Below, piece by piece: positions 25,490 to 38,617 of a stretch of DNA of 64,000 bases. The position numbers and the translations under genes are program-made. Position 1 is the stretch's first letter; each line of letters starts with the position of its first letter. Source of the stretch: Octopus sinensis (lineage: Eukaryota); assembly GCF_006345805.1 (NCBI RefSeq), contig NC_042999.1, positions 137,826,001 through 137,890,000 of the forward strand. Reading direction: 5' to 3'. Under the pieces are notes generated by a model. The model saw only the letters and a program-made list of their open reading frames with translations. It ran no database searches and was not told where the DNA came from.

Positions 25490-25522
25490 GTGTGTGTGTG
25501 TGTGTGGTTTCGCGTCCACAGA

Positions 25523-25602
<80 letters not shown>

Positions 25603-25714
25603 TATATATATATATATATATATATTAGGCATATATATATATATATATATATATTAGATATATATAATATATATATATATATATTAGATATATATATATA
25701 TATATATATATATT

Positions 25715-25751
<37 letters not shown>

Positions 25752-25777
25752 ATATATATATATATATATTATATTAG

Positions 25778-25843
<66 letters not shown>

Positions 25844-25900
25844 GATAGATATATATATATATATATATTAGATATATATATATATATATATATATATTAG

Positions 25901-25932
<32 letters not shown>

Positions 25933-25959
25933 TATATATATATATATATATATATATAG
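25490..25959. repeat. (TG)n-(CT)n-(TA)n array with periodic TTAGA interruptions
   Basis: Seen directly. Confidence 0.95.
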
Positions 25960-26135
25960 GTTATAAAATGAGATAGGGGTTGAAAATTCAACCCACCATG
26001 GGATAATATATATCCAATATACTGCTAGATAGGTACCCAACAAAAATAATACATAGATGTTAAAAATTGTCAAACAATCAGTTCATCTATTGCATTATAT
26101 GGGTAAAGGTAATAAAATTACCGTAAATTAATACT

Positions 26136-26295
26136 ACAAAAATTAGAGAATGGAGAAATATACTTAAATCAGTAAAACATCAACTATCCGATGATACTCA
26201 ATCCATACTTTAATACACCATTACATGGATTGAGTATCATCGGATAGTTGATGTTTTACTGATTTAAGTATATTTCTCCATTCTCTAATTTTTGT
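26136..26295. repeat. Perfect 71-bp inverted repeat with 18-nt spacer
   Basis: 26136-26206 is the exact reverse complement of 26225-26295. Confidence 0.92.
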
Positions 26296-26383
26296 TATAT
26301 ATATATATATATATATATTAGATATATATATATATTATATATATATATATATATATTAGATATATATATATATATATAATATT

Positions 26384-26463
<80 letters not shown>

Positions 26464-26526
26464 TATATATATATATATATTAGATATATATATATATATA
26501 TATTAGATATATAATATATATATTAG

Positions 26527-26558
<32 letters not shown>

Positions 26559-26569
26559 TATATATATAT
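26296..26569. repeat. (TA)n/TTAGA array
   Basis: Seen directly. Confidence 0.95.
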
Positions 26570-26641
26570 CCTTAAATCCTTAAAAATGTTTTAGCCCGAA
26601 GGCCGCGGCCATGCTGGGGCACCACCGCTGAATGAGCCACA

Positions 26642-29600
26642 CTAGTTTGTGAATCCACCTCTGATACGTGGCACTTGATCAACAAGGGAGTTCGATGCTG
26701 CTGCCCGCATCCGTGTCTCCTGTCGTGAGGTAGGTTCATCTGGGACTCCCAACAAGAAGAGATCCAGTTTAGTTTTAAAGAAACCCACATCCACACCATG
26801 TAAGTCTCTCAGGCATTTAGGGAGGATGTTGAAAAGCTGTGGTCCTCTGAAACCCAAGCTGTTGCAGTATCTGGACCTGTATTTTGATGGTGATGTTGGA
26901 ATCCTTGGCACCACGCAGCGGCGCCCCGTTCTGCGGTTGGAGTAACTTTGAATGCCAAAGTTTGGGATAAGACCCTCCAGGATTTTCCAGATGTATATTA
27001 CTGCATATCTCTCCCGCCTCCGCTCCAGGGAGAAGAGGTTTAATACCTTCAGTCTTTCCCAGTAGCTGACATTTTGCATTGAGACGATTTTCTTTGTGTA
27101 GCTTCTCTGAGTTGCTTCGAGTTCTGCTGTTTGTTTTATATTGTGTGGTGACCATGGTTGGGAGCAGTAGTCCAAGCGGCTGAGGACAAATGTTTTCCAT
27201 AGGACCATCAGTGTCTCCTTCTCTCTTGTTCTGAAAGTTCGGAGAATCCATCCAGCTAGCCGTCTGCATTTTATCACCAGATTAGCAATATGCATTTGGA
27301 AAGATGCATCATTGCTCATGTCAATGCCCAGGTCACGCACTGATTTTGACTCAGGGATTGCAATTCTTCCTGGGCCAGTGTATCCAGTCTTCACGTCATT
27401 TACCTTTGTGTGCCAGTAGCGCAGGGCCTGGAACTTACCTGCATTAAACTGCATGTTGTTGTCCTCAGCCCACCTGTATATTGTGTCCAGCTCATGTTGC
27501 AGATGCGCAATATTTTCAGGGTTCTGTATTGCGTGGGAGACCTTTGTGTCATCTGCATAGCTAGCAAGGGTGGTCATCGTAGCAACTGAAGGCATGTCTG
27601 AAAGGGCCACTATGAACATCAGTGGCCCCAAGACAGTGCCCTGTGGGACACCGCTTGTTATTTGCGTTTCCCTGGAGGTGGCTCCATTGCTCACAACTGC
27701 CTGTTTTCTGTCTTTTAGGAAGTTGTGCAGCCACTCTCCAAGTTTCCCGCCTATGCCGAGACCACGCAGTTTGTGACAGATCATACCATGGTCGACTTTA
27801 TCAAAGGCTTTTGCAAAGTCAAGATATATTACATCCACATTTGAGCCATTTAGTAGCTGTTTCAACACCCAGTCATAGTGTTGCAGGAGCTGTGTTAGGC
27901 AGCCTCTACCTGGTCGAAATCCATGCTGGGTGTCAGACAGTAAGTCATTTTCTTCAAGGAACATGATTAGTTTCTTACGGACTATTCGTTCCATGACTTT
28001 GCTGATGTGTGAGGTCAGAGAGATAGGCCTATAATTTTTAGCATCTGCTCTGCTACCTCCCTTATGGATAGGGCATATTACCCCCTCTTTCAGTTTGACT
28101 GGGAGCTTACCACTTGCAAGAAAGCTCTGAAAAAGAAGCTGTAGCGGTTTTGCAAGGGCTCGTTTGCACGATTTGAGAAGGATCGCTGGGAATCCATCAG
28201 GTCCAGCAGCTGAGTTTGTGTCAATCTCATCAATGGCTAGTGTGATATCATCTTCTTCGATGTTGATGTACTCAATTTTTGTCTCTTTGGCCGCTGGTAA
28301 AGTGGCAAAGAATTCTTCTGGGTTGTTTACTTGCCTGTGTCCTAGAGGTGTAGTGAACACACTTTGGAACTGTTCGTTCAGTATTTCACTTATCCTCGTG
28401 GGATTTCCTGTGAGAGAGCCATCTTTTTGGAAGAGAGGTCCTATTCTCTGGTGCACTGTGGCTGTCTCTTTGGCAAACTTAAAGAAAGCTTTAGGGTTTG
28501 ATTTTATATTTTCTATTACCCAAGCTTCTTTATCTGCTCTCTCCTTTTATGGGACTGATGTAGACTTTTCTCAGTTTCCATTAGCATTCTTTCGAGCCGA
28601 GACTTCTCACTACTTTTGGTGTGCTTGCTCAGGCGGTTCGCAATCCTTGTCCGTCGTCTCATAAGAATCCTCCTTTCTCTAGGGATCCTGTTTTTATTCT
28701 TGTGTGTGCTGGCCCTGCACATTGGGACATATTTGTCACATATGGCTTGTATTATGGACATGAAGTGTTTGTGTTTCATGTTTATGTCCGGTGTGGAGAG
28801 ACATTCAGGCCAATCCTGTTTGAGGATCTCTTTCTCAGTCGACTTCCAGTTGGCTTTATGAAAGTTTAAGTTGGAGAGATGGTGGGTGCTTCGTATAGGC
28901 TGTGTGTCTGCGGGGGCTTTTGTTCCATACATAGACAGCTCTATTATGTTGTGATCCGAGATCATTGTCGGCATCACATTAACATTATGGATAATATCCA
29001 TATTGTTTGTAAAGCAGAGATCCAGTATATTATCTGCCCTTGTTGGTTGCAGAACTATTTGCTCCATGAAAGAGGTATTTGTGAGATGGAGCAGGGACTC
29101 CACCTGTGCCTGCTGATGGTGGTGTCATCCCTGGGAGCATCTGCCCCCCAGGCCATTCCACATTGGGGAGGTTAAAGTCTCCCATGAAGAATACACTGTT
29201 GTGCTGTTCAAGGTTGGTGAGGACTTCTCCTATTTTTGTTAGGCAGTCTTCAAACATGCCTGAGTGTTTTGGGGCGTCTGGTGGGCGATATGTAGTGCAT
29301 ATGACAATATTCAGTTGTCTTATGTGTACAATTTGAGTTTCACATACTGAGTTTGAATATGACAGCAGGACCTGGGGCGTGAGGTCATCTCGGATGTACA
29401 TTGCAACTCCACCATGGCTCCTCCCTTTTCTATCTGTGCGTATGACTGCATATTGCGGCATGTGTATTTGCATCACCTATATCGGGTTCAAGATGCGTTT
29501 CTGTGAGTGCCATGCATATAGCTTGATTGCATGTCACAAGGTCTCTCAGGAATGAAATTTTCTTTTTACAGTTTCCGCGCAGCAGCCCTCCTACATTCAG

Positions 29601-29651
29601 TAGAAATATTTTTGTGGTGTGTGTGTTGGTGTTGGTGTCTGTGGTGGCCAT
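26642..29651 (-). pseudogene. CR1 LINE ORF2 (endonuclease + RT), three frameshifts as assembled
   Basis: MATTDTNT..LLNVGGL..LTETHL / GGVAMYI..YRPP..MGDFNLP / PTRADNILDL..SDHN / NYRPISLTS, QHGFR, YLDFAKAFD, GVPQG, YADD, SLERRRERY. Frameshifts near 29470, 29115 and 28545; no in-frame stops seen. Confidence 0.88.
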
Positions 29652-30228
29652 CCTGCATCTGTTGGAGGTGGCCTTATGTGGTGGTAGTTCCAGCTTTGTG
29701 CTTGTAGCCAGGTCAGCTGCTGAACAATTTTTTGTGCCATGCACAAAAAAGACTGCTGTTCAGCTGCCGCCCTTCTCACATCTGGGTGAAGCTGGCCACC
29801 TGTTGGGTTTCCGCGCACCACATCTGCATACCGTCTTTCAGTAGTGGTCAGTGCGCTTTTTTCCCTTCTTTTAACTTTTTGTTTTTGTTCTCCCTGAGGG
29901 AGGGACCTCTGTCTCGCGTCCGTGCGGTTTTGGTAGGGCCTCCGATGTGCAAAGCGACAGTTTGCACCTTCAACGCCGTACCAGCAGTCCCCCTCAGGTA
30001 GAATTTGCAGGTGTTTCTTTCCCTGCCCTTACAGTTTTTGCTGGGGTCCCTCTGCTTTCTCTGGACAGGGCTTCCTTTAGCCTTGATTCTGTCACCCTTT
30101 ACCTCCTGCTTCCCATCAATTCCAGGGTGCCTTTCCTTTCTTGCGGCCATCGCACCTCTTTGGTCTTCAGTTGTGGTGTTGGAAGCTGGACATGTGTCAT
30201 CGTTTCCCTGTGTTCCAGGCTTCTCCAT
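29597..30228 (-). pseudogene. CR1 LINE ORF1 (~210 aa) with a CCCH zinc finger, one frameshift in a G run
   Basis: Adding one G at ~29990 joins ORFs 29848-30228 and 29597-29821 and gives CKFYLRGDCWYGVEGANCRFAH (C-x7-C-x8-C-x3-H); overlaps the ORF2 start. Confidence 0.75.
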
Positions 30229-30340
30229 ATATATATATATATATATAATATATAGATATATATATATATATATATATTTAGATAATATATTATATATATT
30301 AGATATATATATATTAGATATATATATATATATATATTAG

Positions 30341-30372
<32 letters not shown>

Positions 30373-30946
30373 TATATATATAATATTAGATATATATATA
30401 TATATATATATTAGATATATATATATATATATATAGATTAGATATATATATATATATATTATAGATATATAGATATATATATATTAGATATATATATATA
30501 TATATATATATATTAGATTTATAGATATATATATATATTAGAATATATATATATATATATATATTAGATATTATAGATATATATATTAGATATATATATA
30601 TATATATATTAGATATATATATATATATATATATATTAGATATATATATATATATATATTAGATATATAAATATATATATATTAGATATATATATATATA
30701 TATATAGATAGTATATATATATATTAGATATATATTATATATATATATTTTATATATTATATATATATATTATATATATATATATTAGATATATTAGATA
30801 TATATATATATAATATATAATATATTAGATATTAGATATATCGTCTTCTAAGAGTTATACGTTCTTGTCCATGTTGGTATTTTTACCTACTATATATATA
30901 TATATATATATATAGGATATAATAGAATATTATATATATATATATA

Positions 30947-30983
<37 letters not shown>

Positions 30984-31037
30984 TATATATATGTATATAT
31001 ATATATTAGATAATATTAATATATATATATATATATT

Positions 31038-31078
<41 letters not shown>

Positions 31079-31145
31079 ATTAATACTATAGTAGATATGA
31101 TATATATGAATGATAGCTATATATATATATTAGATATATATAATA

Positions 31146-31187
<42 letters not shown>

Positions 31188-31631
31188 TATATATATATAT
31201 ATATATATATTATTAGATATATATATATATTATATATATAATATATAATATATAGATATATATTAGATAGGTATATATATATAATATATTAGATATATAT
31301 ATATATACTATATTATATATTAGATATATATATACTATATAGATATATAATATATTAGATATAATATATTATATATTAGATATATTATATATATATATAT
31401 ATATATTAGATATATATATATTTAGAGATATAATATATATTAGGGATATATATATTATAATATATATATATTAGATATATATATATATATTATTAGATAT
31501 ATAATAGATATATATTATATATATATATATATAATATATAGTATATATATAATATATATATATATTATATATATATTAGATAATATATAATATATATATA
31601 TATATATTAGATATATATATATATATATTAG

Positions 31632-31676
<45 letters not shown>

Positions 31677-31787
31677 TATATATATATAATATATATTAGA
31701 TATAATATATAAGATATATATATATATTATTAGATATATATATATATATATATAATATATATTAGATATATATATATATATATATAT
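30229..31787. repeat. ~1.5-kb (TA)n/TTAGA array
   Basis: Seen directly; the I/Y-rich ORFs here are artefacts. Confidence 0.95.
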
Positions 31788-32912
31788 CATCATCATCATC
31801 ATCATCATTATTTAGCGTCCGTTTTCCATGCTGCATGGGTTGGACGGTTCAACTGGGGTCTGGGGAGCCCAAAGGCTGCACCAGGCAGTCAGATCTGGCA
31901 GTGTTTCTACAGCTGGATGCCTTCTAACGCCAACACTCCGAGAGTGTAGTGGGTGATTTATGTGCCACCGACACAGGGTGCCAGACGAGGCTGGCGAACG
32001 GCCACGTCGGATGGTGTTTGATGTGCCACCGACACAGGTGCCAGACGAGGCTGGCAGCGGCCACGCTCGGATGTTTTTATGTGCCACCGACACAGGTGCC
32101 AGATGAGGCTGGCGGACGGCCACGATCGGATGGTGTTTGTTACGTCCCAAAGCACGGAGGCAGTCTATGCGGTGGGTACTGGCTACGGCCACGTTCGGAT
32201 GATTTTCTGTGTTGCCACCGGCACTGGTACCACAAGATACAAATTCCATTGATGTTCATCTTTTGATTGTTTTGATTTGATTTGATTTTCACTTGCCTCA
32301 CAGGTCTTCACAGTGTCACAAGAAGGAAGGTATGCACAGGTGGACTGACTACGTCCCAGGTAGGGGCCACGGGTTATGGCTGACTAGTCTTACGCCACGA
32401 TTGGATGGTGGTGTGTGTTACGCTGACCACAGCACGAGGCCAGTCGATGCGGTACTGGCTACGGCCACGTTCGGATGGTTTCTTGTGTGCCACCGGCACT
32501 GGTACCACAAAGTACAATTCCATGATGTTCATCCATTTGATTTGATTTGATTTGATTTTGATTTTCACTTGCCTCAACAGGTCTTCACAGGTCTTCACAA
32601 GGTCACAGGAAGGAAGGGAAGGTATGCACAGGGGACTGACTACGTCCCAAGTAGGGGCCACGGGTTAGGCCTGACTAGTCTTGCCGGGTCTTCGGTTGGT
32701 GTTTTATGTGCCACGGACACAGGTGCCAGATGAGGCTGGCGAACGGCCCGATCGGATGGTGTTTGTTATGTGCCACGTCACAGAGGCCAGTCGATGCAGG
32801 GTACTGGTACGGCACGTTCGGATGAGGTTTTGTGTCTTGTGTGCCAATGGTACTGGTACCACAAAGATACAAATTCCATTGATGTTCATCTATTTTGATT
32901 TGGTTTGATTTG
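31788..32912 (-). mobile_element. RTE 3' UTR, internally triplicated and indel-rich
   Basis: Homologous to 8572-9345; the segment from the last repeat unit toward the ORF stop occurs three times. Confidence 0.85.
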
Positions 32913-33330
32913 ATATATATATATATTAGATAGATTATATATATATATATATATATATAGTAGCGATATATATATATATATAAGATTAGATATATAATTA
33001 TATATATATATATATTAGATATATATATATATATATTAGCTATATATATATATATAGATATATATATATATATATAGATATATATATATATATAGATTAG
33101 ATATATAGATATTATATATAGATATGATATATTTTTTTTTTATTATATATAATATTAGATATATAATTATATAATATATATATATATATATATTAGATAT
33201 ATATATATATATTAGATATATAATATATATATATATTAGATATATATATATAATATATATATATATATTAGTATATTATATATAATATATATATTAGATA
33301 TATATATATATATATATATATATTAGACAT
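32913..33330. repeat. (TA)n/TTAGA array
   Basis: Seen directly. Confidence 0.95.
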
Positions 33331-33369
33331 ACATATAGATATATAGGTTAGCATACATACACACACACA

Positions 33370-33650
33370 AGCGCGTGGGCTAATGGTTAAATCATTGCAC
33401 CCATGATCGCGAGATCGTAGTTGCGGTTACCGAACTGGTAGTGTATCGTGATGTTGGGCTAAGCACTTTATTTTACGTTGCTCTGTGATCACTTCGACAT
33501 CTAATGCTTGACACACCGAGGCTATACCAATTTGAAGGAGAGCGTAGACTAAGGTACAACAGAAACATGTGATCACTATAAACATATCACCTATACAAGT
33601 AAATTCAACGAGAGGTCGTTGAACACGCCAAGGAAGTCCACCGTATATAT
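33370..33650 (+). mobile_element. Degenerate tRNA-derived SINE
   Basis: gcgcgtgggctaatggttaa head and CORE-like gctaagcactttattttacgttgctc. Confidence 0.45.
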
Positions 33651-33663
33651 GTGGTGTGTGTGA

Positions 33664-33735
<72 letters not shown>

Positions 33736-33744
33736 ATATATTAT

Positions 33745-33807
<63 letters not shown>

Positions 33808-34163
33808 ATGCGTGTGTGTATATTAATATTATGCGTGTGTGTCAATGTATGTAATTATATATATACACACATATGCATACATACATATACACTTACAAAT
33901 AGGCACACTTATACACCATACATGCGCATGTTGGTTTTCACGTCAAGTTATAAATAAAAATTATATATCAGCATTAAACTGAACTCAATACTTTTTAGCA
34001 GAGTACATATAAAAATTTTTTACAGGAAAAAGATTGATTGTGACCTCGAAATTAGGGCTTGCTCGCTGTCAGCAGACCGTCAGATGACGAGACAACGAGC
34101 AAACGGAAACTTCGATGCTACTGTTGACGTTTTCCTAGTAAAAATTAGTGAATTATGCTAATA

Positions 34164-34363
34164 ATGATTGTCCCCTCTAAACTATCGCTAAAGCTGTCAA
34201 ATCTTTCAAACTACCCCGTTACAATCGTTAAAAAATGGGAAAGGCTCATGACATACAAACATACATACGTACGTATGTATGCTTGGTGTATACGGAAACC
34301 TAAATGTTATCAAATAACAGCTTGGTCATACTTGATCGCAATGCTTGCAAATGTATAAGCAAT

Positions 34364-34403
<40 letters not shown>

Positions 34404-34843
34404 ATCTATACAAAAACAAAAATAAATCCTGTTAATCATTACAAAATCCATACATATGAATATGTAAACAAAGTGTATATAACATTAAATGTGTATGTAT
34501 GTATATATATATATATATATATATATACGCACATATATACATACATATATATATATATGCACTTTGTTTACATATTTATATGGATTCTATAATGATTAAC
34601 AAGATTTATTTTTGTTTTTGTATAGATTGATATGTGTGTGTTTGTGTGTATAGTATACACACGCAAACATTTGCAAGCATTGCGATCAAATTAAGTCAAA
34701 GCATTTAGGTTTCCGTATACGCAAGCATACATACGTACGTATGTATGTTTGTATGTCATGAGTCCTTCCTATTTTTTTACGATTGTAACGGTGTGGTTTG
34801 AAAGATTTGACAGCTTTAGCGACAGTCCAGAAGGGACAATCAT
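34164..34843. mobile_element. Foldback/MITE-like palindromic element
   Basis: ~300-bp imperfect inverted arms (atgattgtccc... / ...gggacaatcat) around a central TA/TG tract. Confidence 0.8.
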
Positions 34844-35325
34844 CATATATATATATATATATATATATTCGCCTGTATATACTGTTCAGAATTTTACATA
34901 TTCATGTATCATAAGCGTATATAGAGTTCATATTGAGTGTATTTTTGAGAGAGCTCGTATACGGGCGAAGTTCTTTCAAGTGAACGAACAAAAACTAAAC
35001 AAATAATAAAGAAGCACATAAACTAACAATGATACTAATAGTACTGGTAGTCACCTTTTTGTCTTCAAAATTCTCGTAATATTGCTGTTAAAAATCCATC
35101 AGTTGTGTATTAAGTTATCCACTGCCAGCAAGTGCGTGTTTACAACAAACCTAACTAGAATAAACAAATCAACACATCATCGTCTCCCTTTACACGAGAA
35201 GATACCCTAAAACATGCATGCAGTTTAGTCGTTCCGTTGTTCGCTTCTTGAGAACTTGTAGGAACAAAGTCACGATCTTCATCCAAGGGTTCTTGCTTTA
35301 CTTACTTATTTATTTAGTTTTTACC

Positions 35326-35398
35326 ATGGCTGGTCTTTGGAAATCCTACAAAAAGCTTCTAGAAATTCATCCATGGAAGACTCAGATCGCTTCGACTG
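35326..35398 (+). CDS. MPV17: MPV17 (mitochondrial inner membrane protein, Mpv17/PMP22 family), coding exon 1
   Basis: accATGg start; encodes MAGLWKSYKKLLEIHPWKTQIAST+G, aligning to human [24 protein letters not shown]; GT donor at 35399 (phase 1), same position as the human c.70 intron. Confidence 0.93.
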
Positions 35399-35569
35399 GT
35401 ATAATTTCTATTTAAAGTAGATTTAATGTTTCAACCGATTTGTCCGTTTATGTTATGCAATGAAATGCTTTGCCTTAATTATTGGATCTGAATTGTTTAA
35501 ATGTTACAAAACTAAAAGTTGCTAACTCATTTTGCCGACTGTATATAATAAGCCTATTACTTTTGTTCT

Positions 35570-35584
35570 TATATATATAATGTA

Positions 35585-35652
<68 letters not shown>

Positions 35653-35895
35653 CACGCATATATATATGTGTGTATATATATATATTATATATATATATAT
35701 GTGTGTGTGTGTGGTGTGTGTGTATATATATATATACATATATATACATACACGCATATGTATGTGTATATATATATATATACACATACATACACGCATA
35801 TATATGTATATATATATATATATATATACACGCACACACACACGTAGGTATATGTATATAGATAAATACGTACATAATGTGTGTGTATATATATA
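35570..35895. repeat. (TA)/(TG)/(CA) microsatellite complex in MPV17 intron 1
   Basis: Seen directly. Confidence 0.9.
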
Positions 35896-38493
35896 TTCAT
35901 CATCACTATCATATAACCTCTGTGTTTAATGCTGGCATGGGTGACAGGTCCAAAAACTGTATTGTACTTCAGTATCTGCTTTGGTATAATTTCTGTGGTT
36001 GAGTAGACTGCTCAATGCCAACTCTTTACAGCTTGCTCTGGCTACATTTGGGAGGGTGGGGGCACGAGCACTTGTGAGGTTACTATGCAGCCTGCAGGAC
36101 TAAGATCACCTTCAACTGAGTATGGCTACTATAGAGAGGAAGCCAAATTTATGCAATGGGATGAGGGGTCCAGAACAACAGTTTTCTTGCTATAGGGGAG
36201 TTACATATCTACTCACATTATAGTTATAAAGTAGAGGGAGTGGTTGGGGTGGAACTGGAAAGAGATAGAAATAGTGGTTATGAGTTGTCAGGGTAGACCC
36301 ACAAGGTACAAGGTGAGTAGAAGTGAGTGCAGATGGAACAGGAAGTGTAGATGAATAAATGTTGTGAGAGAAAGAGAATGGGTGACAAGGTGAATGTTAT
36401 AAGGAACATATTTTGAAGGATGATAAGTAGGGAGATAGGGAAGAGAGAAAAGTAGGTGACAACTGTAGAAATTGGGTAGGGAGTGGAGGGGTGACCAATA
36501 AAACATGAGTAAGGGTAAGTAATAGGAGATGAAAAGCAAGTGAAATGATAAAGAGCCACAGAATTTTAATAATGATACAGCAGACTCAGGTAGAAAGGGA
36601 GATGACATATGGTTGAATAGGTTGTAAGGATGTGGGACAGATGTATTGAAGCGGTGGAAGAAATATAATTTGGTGGCTTAGAGAGGTGATCAATGTAAAA
36701 TGTTAGTGGAGAAGCTGGAATTAAGAATGAAAGATAAATATCTGTGAAACTGTTCCATGTAGTAAGAGATATAAGTGGCATCAGGGAAAAGCTGAAGTAT
36801 ACTCACATTTAATTACAGCAGTATAATAGTGCAGTCATAGAGATAGAACACATCCATCTCATCAGTTATCAGGAGAAGAGTGAGAGTTAAGACAAATTCA
36901 AGGGGCTTCCAGATGTTAGGCCTTTATTGGTCAGCTCAGGTCATGAGATGTTAATGATGTAGAAGCAACACCAACTATTTTCTTTATTCTTAGACACAGA
37001 TACTCAGGATACTGTTGCCACATCAGTTTTTTGAATTGGGTACTAAACATGATGGGGTGGGATATTGGTGAGGGTCAGTGTCTCATTTGTCATTCAGTGG
37101 AGTATTAGCACATTAGTGGCTAGAAGAGCAGCTAGACAACCACATATATTTGGTTATGGGTGAGGCAGAAAGGAAGAAATTAGAAACATGAGGTTGAAAG
37201 GCATGATGTGTTCAGGATTGCAAAATAGTATATGAGAAAGAATCAAGATGTAATTGGCAAGAAATGTATTCAGAACGATGAAGATATATTCACCATAGTT
37301 ATGTAAGACAAAAACGTAGCATGGAAATGCTATTATGCAAGGCTGGTGAATATGGAGAATGTATGGAGTAAAGAGAGCTTACTTCATTCTGACACTACAG
37401 AGAGACCAGCAATTCAAGTCAAAAGCAGCTTGGTAGATAAAGCAATTTAAAACACGAAGAGCAGGAAAGCTGCAAGCTCACAGAGATAGTTTTGAAGATG
37501 CTCAAAATAGCTGCTGATGTAGAAAGGTGTCGTACCCAATGACTGGCTTAGCAGTGTCATTATAAAATGTTTAATGGCAAAGGAGATGCATTAAAGAGAA
37601 GTAACTAAAGAGATATCAAATTACTAGATCTGGTTATAAAGGTCATAGAGGGAATCATAGCACAATTTATTCATGACATTGTAGATCAAGATGAGCTGAT
37701 TTCTTGCCCAAAAGAGATTCCAGAGATGCAAACTTCCTAGTGAGGCATCTGCAGGAGAAACTTGGCTAAAAATAAACCACTATTCCTGGCTTTTGTTGAT
37801 TTGAGAGGTATATTCAGTAATTTGGTAGTTATTGTAGAAACTAGGTAGATGAATGAATTGTGATGGCTATACAACCTATGTACAAAGATGCTATAAGTAA
37901 AGTCAGAGTTGACAAGGATTTCAATGATGATTTTAGTGTAAAGATAGGGTTCCATCAAATTTCAGTCCTCAGTCCCTCCTCTTTATCATATTCCTACAAG
38001 CCATCACAGAGGAGTTTGAAAATGGATACCAATGAGAACTCCTATATGCTGATGATCTAGTTCCCATAGCTGAATCTATAGGGGAGATTGAAAATTCCAG
38101 GTATGAATACTAAACAAAAAATTGAGAGGCCTCAAAGTTTTAATAAATAGAAAAGAAGGTAGAAGCCTGATATCTTTAAAGAAATGAAGGAAAGGAGTAG
38201 GTGTAAACTCTATATAGTATCCCAATATAAGCTATGGATACACAAGAGTTGTAGTGGAATTAATGGAGAAAGTAAGTTTTGTATGTGACAGATACCCTGG
38301 AAAAATACATACTATGAGTACACCAGAAATAGATACTTTTAAATGCCTAGATGCCTCACTAGATGTAGTTGATAGCTTTTGTTACTTAGGAAATGTAATT
38401 AACAAGTGAAGTGGTTACTCTCAAAGTATGATGGCCAAAGTAAGAACAGTACATTATTTACAGTTGACGGATATCTGTCCTCATCTTGTTGTT

Positions 38494-38539
38494 AACACAA
38501 CATTTCAGCTTATGTACCCTCCAGCCTTCATCAGGTGTC
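38494..38539 (-). ncRNA. Minimal type I hammerhead ribozyme motif (slightly decayed)
   Basis: GACAC-CTGATGA-A-GGCT..AGCT-GAAA-TG-TT-GTGTT: stem I, both core boxes, stem II; stem III CG has decayed to TG. Confidence 0.65.
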
Positions 38540-38586
38540 TTGGGGAAATTTTGAACTTGGGTTCTCATTCCTAAGGTATTTTTCAA

Positions 38587-38617
<31 letters not shown>

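Larger units (their letters stand above)
26570..30228 (-). mobile_element. Near-full-length CR1-clade LINE (ORF1 with CCCH finger, ORF2 APE endonuclease + RT)
   Basis: Collinear ORF pieces; short 3' UTR ending in a ttaaggat-type tandem tail; flanked directly by (TA)n on both sides. Confidence 0.92.

Noticed and set aside
31515-35929. Numerous I/Y/C/V-rich ORFs
   Set aside because: They are translations of TA/TG microsatellites.
36250-36800. Strongly purine-rich tract with 71-106-aa ORFs
   Set aside because: Compositional ORFs; likely decayed LINE-associated sequence with no motif support.
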